Virus record (IMG/VR): IMGVR_UViG_3300015050_001523
Location: 64,001 to 128,000 of that record
Source: a virus
Lineage: Duplodnaviria; Caudoviricetes
Strand: one strand, 5' to 3'
Length of the DNA: 64,000 nucleotides
Both the position numbers and the translations under genes were made by a program. The notes under the pieces are model-generated. The model saw only the letters and a program-made list of their open reading frames with translations. It ran no database searches and had not been told where the DNA came from. Below, in pieces: positions 55,831-63,950 of this stretch (within the stretch, counting starts at the first letter, position 1; the number at the start of each line of letters is the position of its first letter).

Positions 55831-56262
55831 CTAAATCTTTTCCAGTTTTTGAAAATTAACACTTTCACTATAGTAACCGTTGCTACTACCAAGCCAACGA
55901 ACAGTTACATAACCTTTGACTGTAGCGAATTTATAGAATGTCCAAGTGAAACTTTCAGCGTTGTCTGGATGAGGACGGTCTTCGCCTTCATTATCAATAC
56001 TCTCAGCCAACAATATCGGAGAATCCATAAGATCACTTAAGTCGCCAGAAATATCTTCAATATAAACATATTCGCAGCAACTCTGAGAATGAATAAAAGC
56101 ATAGGTAGTGCCATCGCTTAGATGAAATATGATGGATTCATCATCCTGTTCAACAAGAGTAGCGGTTTGGTCGATAAGAACGTCGATATCTGCCATAGCT
56201 CCGATTTTGTAATGCTGGGTCATCAACATATTATAGCCCATATCTGGCGTGATGCAATCCAA
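55831..56262 (-). CDS. hypothetical phage protein
   Basis: H.QSCCE.VYIEDI.GDL..L...PIL.AE..TWTFYK.AT.KG.V.VRW.G.SNGYYSE. Confidence 0.8.
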   Translation of the reverse strand: MDCITPDMGYNMLMTQHYKIGAMADIDVLIDQTATLVEQDDESIIFHLSDGTTYAFIHSQSCCEYVYIEDISGDLSDLMDSPILLAESIDNEGEDRPHPDNAESFTWTFYKFATVKGYVTVRWLGSSNGYYSESVNFQKLEKI

Positions 56263-56307
56263 AAAAAATTTCTTGCATACTCATTTTTTAGGTGTATACT
56301 CAAGCTT

Positions 56308-56727
56308 ATGAATTTGAGTAAGGACGAATTTGAAAGCATTCTAAATCTTGAAGTTGGTGAGGACTTTCAGGATTCAACTGGTACTGTTTGGGCTCGCTTC
56401 CCGAGCACCGATGGAAATATGGAATATAAAATTAGCACAAACGGCCATAATAATGATTATGATACAGGTTCTTCTTGGGTCCCTAAAAAAGAATTGCAAG
56501 AAATTTTTGACATTGGCCAGCGAGAAGCTCAGCTTCATAAAACCCCAAATTGCTCACGTCCGCTCTATGGGATTCGATTGAAGGCCGGAGACACCTTGCA
56601 GGCAACCGATATGTATGATTCAACTGGAGGCGACTGGGCGCCTTGTCCAGTGCCAGGATTGAAGCTTGGGCATCTTGGTTCAGATTCAGTAGTCTGGGTT
56701 CGCCCAATAATAACTAATAAGGAATAA
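56308..56727 (+). CDS. hypothetical protein (leaderless)
   Basis: Start reset to MNLSKD after TTGCAT-17-TATACT. Confidence 0.7.
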   Translation: MNLSKDEFESILNLEVGEDFQDSTGTVWARFPSTDGNMEYKISTNGHNNDYDTGSSWVPKKELQEIFDIGQREAQLHKTPNCSRPLYGIRLKAGDTLQATDMYDSTGGDWAPCPVPGLKLGHLGSDSVVWVRPIITNKE

Positions 56728-56730
56728 ATT

Positions 56731-56922
56731 ATGCGAGAACTAATTCTATCAAAAATTGAATTTCATAAAAATGGATCACAAAATTTTTCAAATGAATATC
56801 GATGGAAAAATGCTATATTGAATGATATTCATGCTTCAAAAATTAAATTTGAAGACTTGTCAGATGAGGACTTACTTAAGATTTTTGAAAAAATCCTATA
56901 TCATTCATTCAGAATGATTTAA
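56731..56922 (+). CDS. hypothetical protein
   Basis: Follows the previous gene; terminator after the stop. Confidence 0.6.
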   Translation: MRELILSKIEFHKNGSQNFSNEYRWKNAILNDIHASKIKFEDLSDEDLLKIFEKILYHSFRMI

Positions 56923-56933
56923 AAAATGAAATG

Positions 56934-57030
56934 AAAAAATGGCGAAATTTCGCCATTTTTCTTTTTAATGGAACTTATTAATTAATAACCAAGAGCTATG
57001 CAAAATTCGAGCCAAGTGGCTCGAATTTTT
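56934..57030. terminator. paired intrinsic terminators at a convergent junction
   Basis: AAAATGGCGAA/TTCGCCATTTT and AAAATTCGAGCC/GGCTCGAATTTT. Confidence 0.8.
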
Positions 57031-57042
57031 TCTTTCTTGAAA

Positions 57043-57714
57043 TTAAGTCGAAAGAAGATTGTCGGTTCGCTTAATTGTTCCAATTTTAACAAGCATTTCG
57101 ACTGTCTCGAAAATAAACTTGATTTTTGTTTCATTTACAGAATCAATTTTTGCCTTGGTGCAAGGACCAGACTTGAGGCACTTAAGAATAAATTCCCTTG
57201 CAGGAAGAGTATTCAATCGAAAACCAGAATCATCTTTAACAATGGTTCCAAGGCTTAATAGTTTATTTGTCCGATACAAAACCCTTTGATATGGAATTGA
57301 AGTCCTTTTTGCAATAGTTGCGGTGCCAAAGCTGGATGCTGGGTCTCGGCTCAAAAAATTGATAACTTTATCCATTTCTTGCTGAATGTCGATGGCCTCT
57401 TTTTGAGGCTCGATCAAATAATCATCTCGGCGATGCAAGATTTCATTTTTTTGAGGAATCAACAATTGCGCAAATTCCGTCAATGGAATTTCCATAACTT
57501 GTTCCTTTACTCCCTTGGACCGCTTAATCTCATCCCAAAGACTTCCAAAAGAATAAAAAGGATTTTCTTCAATCCTTTGCTGAATCAAATCAATAAGGCT
57601 TTGCTTTGCGGCAGCTGCACGCATTTCCTTGAGCTTTTCATTTGTTTGTTTTGAAACTTGATCTGCAAATGACATATTGATTGTTTTCCTTTTTAAAATG
57701 AAAGAAGAGTCCAA
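57043..57714 (-). CDS. winged-helix-containing protein (start probably MSFADQ)
   Basis: TATIAKRTSIPYQRVLYRTNKLLSLGTIVK..GFRL. Confidence 0.6.
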   Translation of the reverse strand: MDSSFILKRKTINMSFADQVSKQTNEKLKEMRAAAAKQSLIDLIQQRIEENPFYSFGSLWDEIKRSKGVKEQVMEIPLTEFAQLLIPQKNEILHRRDDYLIEPQKEAIDIQQEMDKVINFLSRDPASSFGTATIAKRTSIPYQRVLYRTNKLLSLGTIVKDDSGFRLNTLPAREFILKCLKSGPCTKAKIDSVNETKIKFIFETVEMLVKIGTIKRTDNLLST

Positions 57715-58016
57715 TAAGAAACACCATCAATCTCAAATCGACACACTTCGATATCGTCTAAGGTAAATGTTTCCAAAATTGGCCATGAGAGTTTTTTACA
57801 TTCATTGTCATTTTCATATTTTTGATCAATGTTTGTCATGACATCATAAAGATAAACACACTCTTCATTATCTTCAAAATGACGATAAGCTTTATCATCC
57901 ATTGAATACAAAACTGTATAAGCAACAGCCAATGACTTTTTGAGAAAAACTGGATATGAAGTATATTTAATCATATATTCTACAGCTCTAGGGCTTCTCG
58001 CTGTGTAGGTTCTCAA
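57693..58016 (-). CDS. hypothetical protein
   Basis: Tiling ORF. Confidence 0.55.
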   Translation of the reverse strand: MRTYTARSPRAVEYMIKYTSYPVFLKKSLAVAYTVLYSMDDKAYRHFEDNEECVYLYDVMTNIDQKYENDNECKKLSWPILETFTLDDIEVCRFEIDGVSYWTLLSF

Positions 58017-58251
58017 TCGCTGGCACGCATGCGTCTAAAATCTCGCGCAGAGACACACCTGCCTCTAGAGCTTCCACAAGAACACCTTCGATACCCTTCA
58101 AGAAAGACTGGGAACTCAGAATAAACCGATCCTTGTCGTCGATCACTCGAAGCTGGCTTTGCACGGCAAGGCACTGGCCACGGACGCAACGTTCACCGCT
58201 GTTACGTTGGGACAGGCATCCATCCGATAGGCATATGAGTTTGATTGGCAT
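57988..58251 (-). CDS. Cys-containing hypothetical protein (GC-rich)
   Basis: Tiling ORF. Confidence 0.55.
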   Translation of the reverse strand: MPIKLICLSDGCLSQRNSGERCVRGQCLAVQSQLRVIDDKDRFILSSQSFLKGIEGVLVEALEAGVSLREILDACVPAIENLHSEKP

Positions 58252-58259
58252 AATAAAAT

Positions 58260-58565
58260 TTACAGTCCGAGGACTTCCCGTTCTTCTTTGGTGAGCTTAG
58301 AAATGGCTTCAACTTTAAGTTCTTCACGACGTTGAAGTTCAAGTTCGTCGCAGGTATCAAGAATTGTTATTACTGTCTCGTAAATATTGTTGATATCCGC
58401 TTTCTCGCTTTGATATCCCATTACACACCAGCGGACGTATGCCGGCGACTTCACAAACTTAATTGCAGCCCGTTCATTGGAGAATCGCGCTACAACTTTC
58501 ATAGGGCCTCGACCCTCCATTGTGTCGGTGTGGCCCATTACTTCAAAACATTTAATAATTTGCAT
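58260..58565 (-). CDS. hypothetical protein
   Basis: D.MEGRGP; ends ALSKLT.EEREVLGL-like. Confidence 0.7.
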   Translation of the reverse strand: MQIIKCFEVMGHTDTMEGRGPMKVVARFSNERAAIKFVKSPAYVRWCVMGYQSEKADINNIYETVITILDTCDELELQRREELKVEAISKLTKEEREVLGL

Positions 58566-58624
58566 TTTTTTAGTTTCCTATTTCTTTAAAAAATGAATCT
58601 ATTTTTTGGCAGGATTGTAACGAA

Positions 58625-58885
58625 TCAATCAATGATGGTATAATCCCTCTTTTTCCTCAAAAAATAACCATCACAAAACCCGTGGAATCCAAGCCATGTA
58701 CTCTCATTATGTTCAAGGCGACTCATTGATTGAGGAATAAAATCAGAACCATATGCACCTTGATCTCGCTCCTCCTTTCGGCGCTGAGCCATCCCAGAGT
58801 CAAACCCTGAATCATATTGGACTTTGAGCCATTCTTTAGCGCCAATCTTTGCCATAAGACAGTTCTCATTAAGATTTGTGAACAT
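58625..58885 (-). CDS. hypothetical protein
   Basis: Tiling ORF. Confidence 0.6.
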   Translation of the reverse strand: MFTNLNENCLMAKIGAKEWLKVQYDSGFDSGMAQRRKEERDQGAYGSDFIPQSMSRLEHNESTWLGFHGFCDGYFLRKKRDYTIID

Positions 58886-58916
58886 TTATTTTTTCTTTCT
58901 AAAAAATGAAAGGAAA

Positions 58917-59294
58917 TTAGTAGCCGATGACTGCCAGGCCAGGTTCGATTTGATAACTGCGAATTATTGGCGTTGCATAAGCGAAATAATTTTGTGAATT
59001 ATTTGCAGTATCTACAAGATCGATTACTGGATTAAAGGACTTTATAGCCTTTGTGGCGGCAACCAACCTAATCGCTGTATCTTCCATAAATCCTGACCAC
59101 TTGCAGAGATGGCGAGAAATAAGAAAATAACCAGCTGCATTAAGCTGAGTCTCTGCACTTTTGGCCAATTTTAGAGTGACTGAAAATCGATGAGTATCAG
59201 AATAATTCTGAGTCACATTACGAATAAGGTGTACCTCGATATCATGCTTGTCAAGCTGATATCGCGGAAAATCGTTGGAGTCAACCTTAATCAT
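58917..59294 (-). CDS. hypothetical protein
   Basis: Tiling ORF. Confidence 0.6.
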   Translation of the reverse strand: MIKVDSNDFPRYQLDKHDIEVHLIRNVTQNYSDTHRFSVTLKLAKSAETQLNAAGYFLISRHLCKWSGFMEDTAIRLVAATKAIKSFNPVIDLVDTANNSQNYFAYATPIIRSYQIEPGLAVIGY

Positions 59295-59408
59295 TTTATT
59301 CCTTTTGCAAAGATTTGCTGCTTGCTAAATGCTGTGATTTGATTCTAATTTTTGGCAAGAAATGAAAAAATAATTCCATTTAATGCCAATTTATTATTAA
59401 AAAATCAT

Positions 59409-59813
59409 TCAGATATCAGAACGATGAAATAATTTTGAGTAATCAGCACTTGATGACGTTCCAAACCGGCGCTCGTCTTTAAACAACGATTCCTTTAATT
59501 CTGGGCAGTAAATAACCCATCCAAAGCCAAGTGAATCAGTTTTCCATTCAAGTTCAAAAAACTGGGTAATTTCTTCAAAAAAATCGTCCAGTCGATCATC
59601 TTCATCGTCAACACAATTATTCCTCGCAAACATAAAAAGACAAGGGATAAGTTTCCCAAAAAATTGGAGAGGGCTTGCGTTAGATTCTGGATCGGAATTG
59701 AAACAAAAGCAGCTTTCACCGAACATTCCGCGACCAGAGTAAAGACTAACAGAAAATTCCATTTCGTCAACTGCAAACATCAAAGCATCGATCATGTTGT
59801 TTGACAAGTTCAT
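59409..59813 (-). CDS. hypothetical protein
   Basis: YSGRGMFGESC..D(S)LG.G.VIY. Confidence 0.7.
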   Translation of the reverse strand: MNLSNNMIDALMFAVDEMEFSVSLYSGRGMFGESCFCFNSDPESNASPLQFFGKLIPCLFMFARNNCVDDEDDRLDDFFEEITQFFELEWKTDSLGFGWVIYCPELKESLFKDERRFGTSSSADYSKLFHRSDI

Positions 59814-59855
59814 TTTTTATATTCTTTCTTTGGAAGATGAAAAATCTTAGAAATT

Positions 59856-59927
59856 TGAGCCTAGTAAGATTCGAACTTACAACCTTGAGATTAAAAGTCT
59901 CTCGCTCTACCGTTGAGCTATAGGCCC
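59856..59927 (-). tRNA. tRNA-Lys(UUU)
   Basis: GGGCCTA acceptor, GAGA-CTTTTAA-TCTC, AGTTCGAATCT. Confidence 0.88.
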
Positions 59928-59962
59928 TAAAACCCGGCAAATGGCCAAGCCGTTGCTTTTAT

Positions 59963-60163
59963 CTAAACAATTGATTTTTTTCCAATCCTTTTTTCATATT
60001 CGGCCTTACTAACAGCAGGGCCGTCGATCAACCATTTCATCGGAGCGACTGGGCTAATTGGATCTGGAACGATGCCACTGCCCTTACATGGATTACATGA
60101 GTAAACAAATAGGAAACCTCGACCGTTGCAATCTGGACATTTCATGGATTTTATCCACAGCAC
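59963..60163 (-). CDS. small DnaJ-type zinc-finger protein (start MKCPDC)
   Basis: CPDCNGRG..CNPCKGSG. Confidence 0.65.
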   Translation of the reverse strand: MLWIKSMKCPDCNGRGFLFVYSCNPCKGSGIVPDPISPVAPMKWLIDGPAVSKAEYEKRIGKKSIV

Positions 60164-60390
60164 TTAAGGATTGCTTCGGCAACCAGCTTCATTTCGAGCG
60201 GCGTTCCCATGATCCGATTGCCAACCTTTCCATCATCAGTATAGCATCGAACCTCGACAAGATCAATACCATCAGCATCAGGACCGACTTCAATGTATTC
60301 ACCAGACTTATCATTATAAATCCGATAAACGGTTTCGACACTATATTTCTCAAAGGTTTCGACCATTGGAGTTTTCATCAGGGCTTCCAT
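60151..60390 (-). CDS. hypothetical protein (leaderless)
   Basis: ATG 7 nt after TTGCAT-16-TATCCT. Confidence 0.65.
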   Translation of the reverse strand: MEALMKTPMVETFEKYSVETVYRIYNDKSGEYIEVGPDADGIDLVEVRCYTDDGKVGNRIMGTPLEMKLVAEAILKCCG

Positions 60391-60518
60391 ATACAAAGGA
60401 TACACTGGAAACGGGGTGATGCAAGCGATCTTTGGCGATTTATTTTATGCTGCGCCTTTGGCGCTTTGGCACGGTTTGTGCATGGATTAATTTATTAATT
60501 AATAACAATTGCCTATGC

Positions 60519-60542
60519 AAAAAAAGGGCCATCGGCCCTTTT
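60519..60542 (-). terminator. intrinsic terminator
   Basis: AAAAAGGGCC-ATC-GGCCCTTTT. Confidence 0.75.
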
Positions 60543-60543
60543 A

Positions 60544-60948
60544 TCAATCCGTTTTTTCAATTTCTTTACGTATTTTTTCAATATCCAATATGGAAATTTC
60601 AGAACATCCAGCCCCACAATCAAGAAGCCTTATTTCAAGTTTGTCAATCAAACTTTGAAGAACATTCATTTCGATTCCAAGTGTAGAACATGCGTCCCAT
60701 GTAGTAAGTGTGGAACCCATGTAAACTGCCGATTTTGAAAGGTTCGCAATTCGAGATTTAATTTCTGACAATTTTCCAATAGATGAAAGACCACAAAAAG
60801 TAGCGAAGATTTTAATTTCACGACCAGTCTTTAGATTGTTTTCAATCAAGGCCAAAGAGTCTTGAAAGTTCGACTTCTCAATCATTTCCTTTAGTTCGCG
60901 TGCCTTCATGCTTTTATGATACCATATAACAAATGAAGCGCAACCCAT
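60544..60948 (-). CDS. hypothetical helical protein (start probably MKAREL)
   Basis: ORF followed by a terminator. Confidence 0.6.
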   Translation of the reverse strand: MGCASFVIWYHKSMKARELKEMIEKSNFQDSLALIENNLKTGREIKIFATFCGLSSIGKLSEIKSRIANLSKSAVYMGSTLTTWDACSTLGIEMNVLQSLIDKLEIRLLDCGAGCSEISILDIEKIRKEIEKTD

Positions 60949-60960
60949 TTAATGGAAATA

Positions 60961-60985
60961 AAAAAGGGCGCATAATGCGCCCTTT
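60961..60985 (-). terminator. intrinsic terminator after the AAA ATPase gene
   Basis: AAAGGGCGCA-TAA-TGCGCCCTTT. Confidence 0.75.
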
Positions 60986-61021
60986 CATTTTTTTATTCTA
61001 TTTTTTGGCGCTTTGGCGCCT

Positions 61022-62098
61022 TTAGCGCTTCTCTACCATTTGAAGCATGCGAGCATGATGCTTCCAACGCTCACCAGGCAGTTGCATGCGATAGTTGCAA
61101 AGATGGACAATGAGCCGCAAGGAAAGCTGGCGCCACTTATTCACGTTTTCGTGAACAAAGTCAAGAATTTCTTGCTGGATTTTGGGGTCAGTGACCCCAT
61201 TTTCCACCATAATCCCAGAATCCTGGCAAACCTGAACAACGCGCAGAAGCCGCCGTCGCTTTGAAAAGAGCCCGAGATTCATGTAACCAGAGCGCGACAG
61301 AAGCGCCTTGACATGCTCGGCCTTTTTGGAGCCAGATTCGCATTCTCGCTGAAAATCGATATTTGTCAGGAACAAAATTCGACCCTGGAAATCAATAGAA
61401 TTTGGGATATCCTCCTTTTGAAGAGTACCAGATTCCTTGAGCCAGCAAATCTTGCGCGCCCTTCCCGGCGGCAAAACTTCAAGCGCTGCCTTCAAGAGAT
61501 TAAGAGTCGTTTCATCTTTGAAAACGCTATCGCAATCATCAAAGCAAAGCACGCCACCTTCAGATGCGCGATGAAGTGCCATGTAGAGATTGATGGGAGA
61601 AATATCCCCCTTAATCAATTCATAGTAAATTCCATCCTCGATTGCCTTTTCGGCATACTTGCCGATACAGTGACTTTTGCCGCAACCGGCAGGGCCGCTG
61701 ATCAGAGTGCTCGGGCGATTGCCCAAAACAACCTGCTCGACACACTCCTCAAAGGTTTCAAATCGACCGGCAATTTCGGTAATAATTTCATCATCCGAAA
61801 GAAGATCGTCAGGATCCTGATAGACAAATTCATTCGCCTCGCGGGGAGTAGCAGGAGCAGATCCAGATCGGGCGAAGCCTGGAGCGAAATCGCCCGAAGC
61901 AACCGCATCAGCCAAGGCGCGCATAGTTTGCGCAAGACGAGGGCTAATAGACTTGCTAGGATCATTGAGAGTCTGAGAGATCGTTGGCTGACTAACACTA
62001 TGTCCAAGCTTGTTAGCCTTGTCAGTCGCGGCCTTCTGCCATCCATGATTAGGATAGCCAAGCGCCTTACAGATCGTCATAAATTCGTCGTGATTCAT
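61022..62098 (-). CDS. N-terminal HTH plus AAA+ ATPase
   Basis: VSQPTISQTL helix; Walker A GPAGCGKS; Walker B LCFDDCD; ILFLTN; GC-rich; promoter TTGCGT-16-TATCAT (62144-62171). Confidence 0.8.
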   Translation of the reverse strand: MNHDEFMTICKALGYPNHGWQKAATDKANKLGHSVSQPTISQTLNDPSKSISPRLAQTMRALADAVASGDFAPGFARSGSAPATPREANEFVYQDPDDLLSDDEIITEIAGRFETFEECVEQVVLGNRPSTLISGPAGCGKSHCIGKYAEKAIEDGIYYELIKGDISPINLYMALHRASEGGVLCFDDCDSVFKDETTLNLLKAALEVLPPGRARKICWLKESGTLQKEDIPNSIDFQGRILFLTNIDFQRECESGSKKAEHVKALLSRSGYMNLGLFSKRRRLLRVVQVCQDSGIMVENGVTDPKIQQEILDFVHENVNKWRQLSLRLIVHLCNYRMQLPGERWKHHARMLQMVEKR

Positions 62099-62468
62099 TT
62101 TGTCTCGTTTGTTCGGGTTCGGTAAGGTTCCTGTCTCCCCCTCATGATAGCTTGAAGCCGACTTGACGCAAGGAACCTTCGCAACAAATTTCTTTCACCC
62201 TTTGGCATCCTTTATGCATCAATCCAAAATTATTACTAAACAAAATAAATGGTATGCAGCATCCGTGCCAAGCCTTTGCTTGGCGGGACCACTATAAAGG
62301 ATCGGAAGCATCTTTGCCGAAAAGGAAATGATTTCAATGGCTTGCGAGATTTGTCTGAAAAAGAGACCGGCCGAGGTTGCACTTCGAAGGTTATCGTCCA
62401 TACTGTGAGGGTGGTCGGGAAAGAGCCCGCCACGCCCAACCAAACCAAAAAGAAAGAAGATACCAATC

Positions 62469-63092
62469 ATGACCACCGAAACCGTCACCGCTCCCGCTGC
62501 CACCGAAACCGCCACCGCTCCCGCGAAGCCCGCTGGCCGCCCGCGCAAGATCTCCGATAAGGCCCTGGCTCGTGCCGAGCAGCTCTATGACTCTGGCCAG
62601 ACCATCGCGCAGATCTGTAGTCAGCCCTGGTGCAATGTCGGCCCTGCCGCGCTTTACTACCACTTCGCTGGCCGTTCGCCCAAGGGCGATTCTGGCGTCG
62701 AAATGCGACCGCGCGGTCGCAAGGGTCCGAATCCCACGCAGCTCGCGCACCTACTTGCCGAGTTTGAAAAGGGCCGCACCCTGACCGAGATCCGGGAGGA
62801 TGCCGTGCTTTGCTCGCGCGTCAAGGTCAAGAACCCCGCTGAAGGTGAGCCGGCGAGTAAGAAGCATATGTTCTCACTGGCCACGCTCAGCAAGGCCGTG
62901 AAGGATGCGGGATTCACGCCGCGCCGCGGCCGACCGGCGAATCCGGTTGCGGTTGAGGAGGTTGCGGAGGTTGCGGAGGTTGCGGCCGAGCCCGCTGCCG
63001 ACGCTCCGATGGCTGCTGAGCCGGTTGCGGAGGTTGCGGCCGAGCCCATGGCCGAGGCTCCGATGGTCGACGAGGCGAGCGCCGCGGAGTAA
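62469..63092 (+). CDS. tandem Hin/resolvase-type HTH DNA-binding protein with acidic tail
   Basis: GRPRKIS..A.QL..SG.TIAQIC..VGPAALYYHF, second HTH, RRGRP; no catalytic recombinase domain. Confidence 0.7.
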   Translation: MTTETVTAPAATETATAPAKPAGRPRKISDKALARAEQLYDSGQTIAQICSQPWCNVGPAALYYHFAGRSPKGDSGVEMRPRGRKGPNPTQLAHLLAEFEKGRTLTEIREDAVLCSRVKVKNPAEGEPASKKHMFSLATLSKAVKDAGFTPRRGRPANPVAVEEVAEVAEVAAEPAADAPMAAEPVAEVAAEPMAEAPMVDEASAAE

Positions 63093-63099
63093 TCCATGA

Positions 63100-63174
63100 A
63101 TGGTGGGAGGGTTTCCCCTCCCACCATATTATTTTAATCTTAATTTAAGGTGCGCCAATCGCGCACCTTTTTTT
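63100..63174 (+). terminator. two tandem hairpins/terminators
   Basis: ATGGTGGGAGG/CCTCCCACCAT and AAGGTGCGC/GCGCACCTT followed by T tract. Confidence 0.75.
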
Positions 63175-63270
63175 ATGGACATCAAAAATTAATTAATTAA
63201 TAACAAGCCTTATGCATGAAAGATGCCAAAGCGCCAAAGGCGCGGCATAAATTAAATCGACCGAAGATGC

Positions 63271-63298
63271 TTGCATCCTGATTTAGATAAGCTATCTT
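63271..63298 (+). promoter_or_regulatory. sigma70-like promoter for TL3/TL4
   Basis: TTGCAT-16-TATCTT; +7 falls on the first nt of TL3. Confidence 0.7.
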
Positions 63299-63304
63299 TA
63301 GGTC

Positions 63305-63420
63305 TGAGGATAGGCGAGATAAAGGAAAGACCAAGGGGCTCTGCCAAGAACCAAGGTCACTATTTCCAGGAACACGCAAGCTGGCAGGCTTTCTCCCGGG
63401 TTCGAATCCTGGATCCTCAT
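63305..63420 (+). ncRNA. 116-nt tRNA-like RNA TL3
   Basis: TGAGGAT/ATCCTCA acceptor, CCGGG-TTCGAAT-CCTGG T arm, no canonical anticodon arm. Confidence 0.65.
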
Positions 63421-63426
63421 TTTTGA

Positions 63427-63547
63427 CGGTATGAGACGAATAGGAGCACGTCTGCACCAAGCCACCCCGGTGCAAGAGATCTAAAGATCTATGCGAAAGC
63501 TAAGGATTTATTTAGATTTATAGTTGGTTCGAATCCAGCCATATCGA
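63427..63547 (+). ncRNA. 121-nt tRNA-like RNA TL4 (G3.U70, A73)
   Basis: CGGTATG/CATATCG acceptor, D arm, 6-bp arm with 10-nt loop, extra hairpins, GTTGG-TTCGAAT-CCAGC. Confidence 0.7.
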
Positions 63548-63590
63548 AATTTTAATTGGACATCAAACCTTCTCATGCTAGGATTTTAAC

Positions 63591-63920
63591 ATGTTCAGGC
63601 AAATGAAAATTGTCGTTGAAGTTTCGCCCGAGCTTGCTGCTGGCATGAGCGAGTCTCAATTGGCGCGACTCGCGCGAGGGATTGATATCTCCTCATGTTA
63701 TCGAGGAATTAGGATTGATGGATTTCAAGATCCTCAAGTTTTTGATTCGCTTGGAAACGCTGTTATGTTCCTTCTAAACACGTCCGCGACCGAGCGAGCC
63801 CTGTCCCTTGCTTGTGGAGGAAAAGCGACTGCTACGGGCTTGTGGAGGCATGACCGAGCCGAATTCTTTAGGCTCGCGGCCGAGGCTCTTTACAATCATC
63901 GAAATCTTTTTTGGCCTTGA
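63591..63920 (+). CDS. hypothetical protein (leaderless)
   Basis: ATG 7 nt after TGGACA-16-TAGGAT. Confidence 0.65.
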   Translation: MFRQMKIVVEVSPELAAGMSESQLARLARGIDISSCYRGIRIDGFQDPQVFDSLGNAVMFLLNTSATERALSLACGGKATATGLWRHDRAEFFRLAAEALYNHRNLFWP

Positions 63921-63950
63921 CTCCCTCGAAATATAGGCTATAACCAAATC

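Larger units (their letters stand above)
60445..63250. repeat. 27-bp inverted repeats (60445-60471 and 63224-63250), 1 mismatch
   Basis: TTATGC(T/C)GCGCCTTTGGCGCTTTGGCA in opposite orientations. Confidence 0.88.

Noticed and set aside
61313-62125. 270-aa plus-strand ORF, and other long antisense ORFs (4887..5273, 9922..10338, 60058..60498, 62657..63127)
   Set aside because: Shadows of well-supported genes on the opposite strand, especially in GC-rich or conserved regions.
63305-63547. Canonical or two-piece tmRNA, or tRNA-Sec
   Set aside because: Too short, no pseudoknots or terminated tag frame, no GGGG 5' end and no UCA anticodon; kept only as tRNA-like RNAs.
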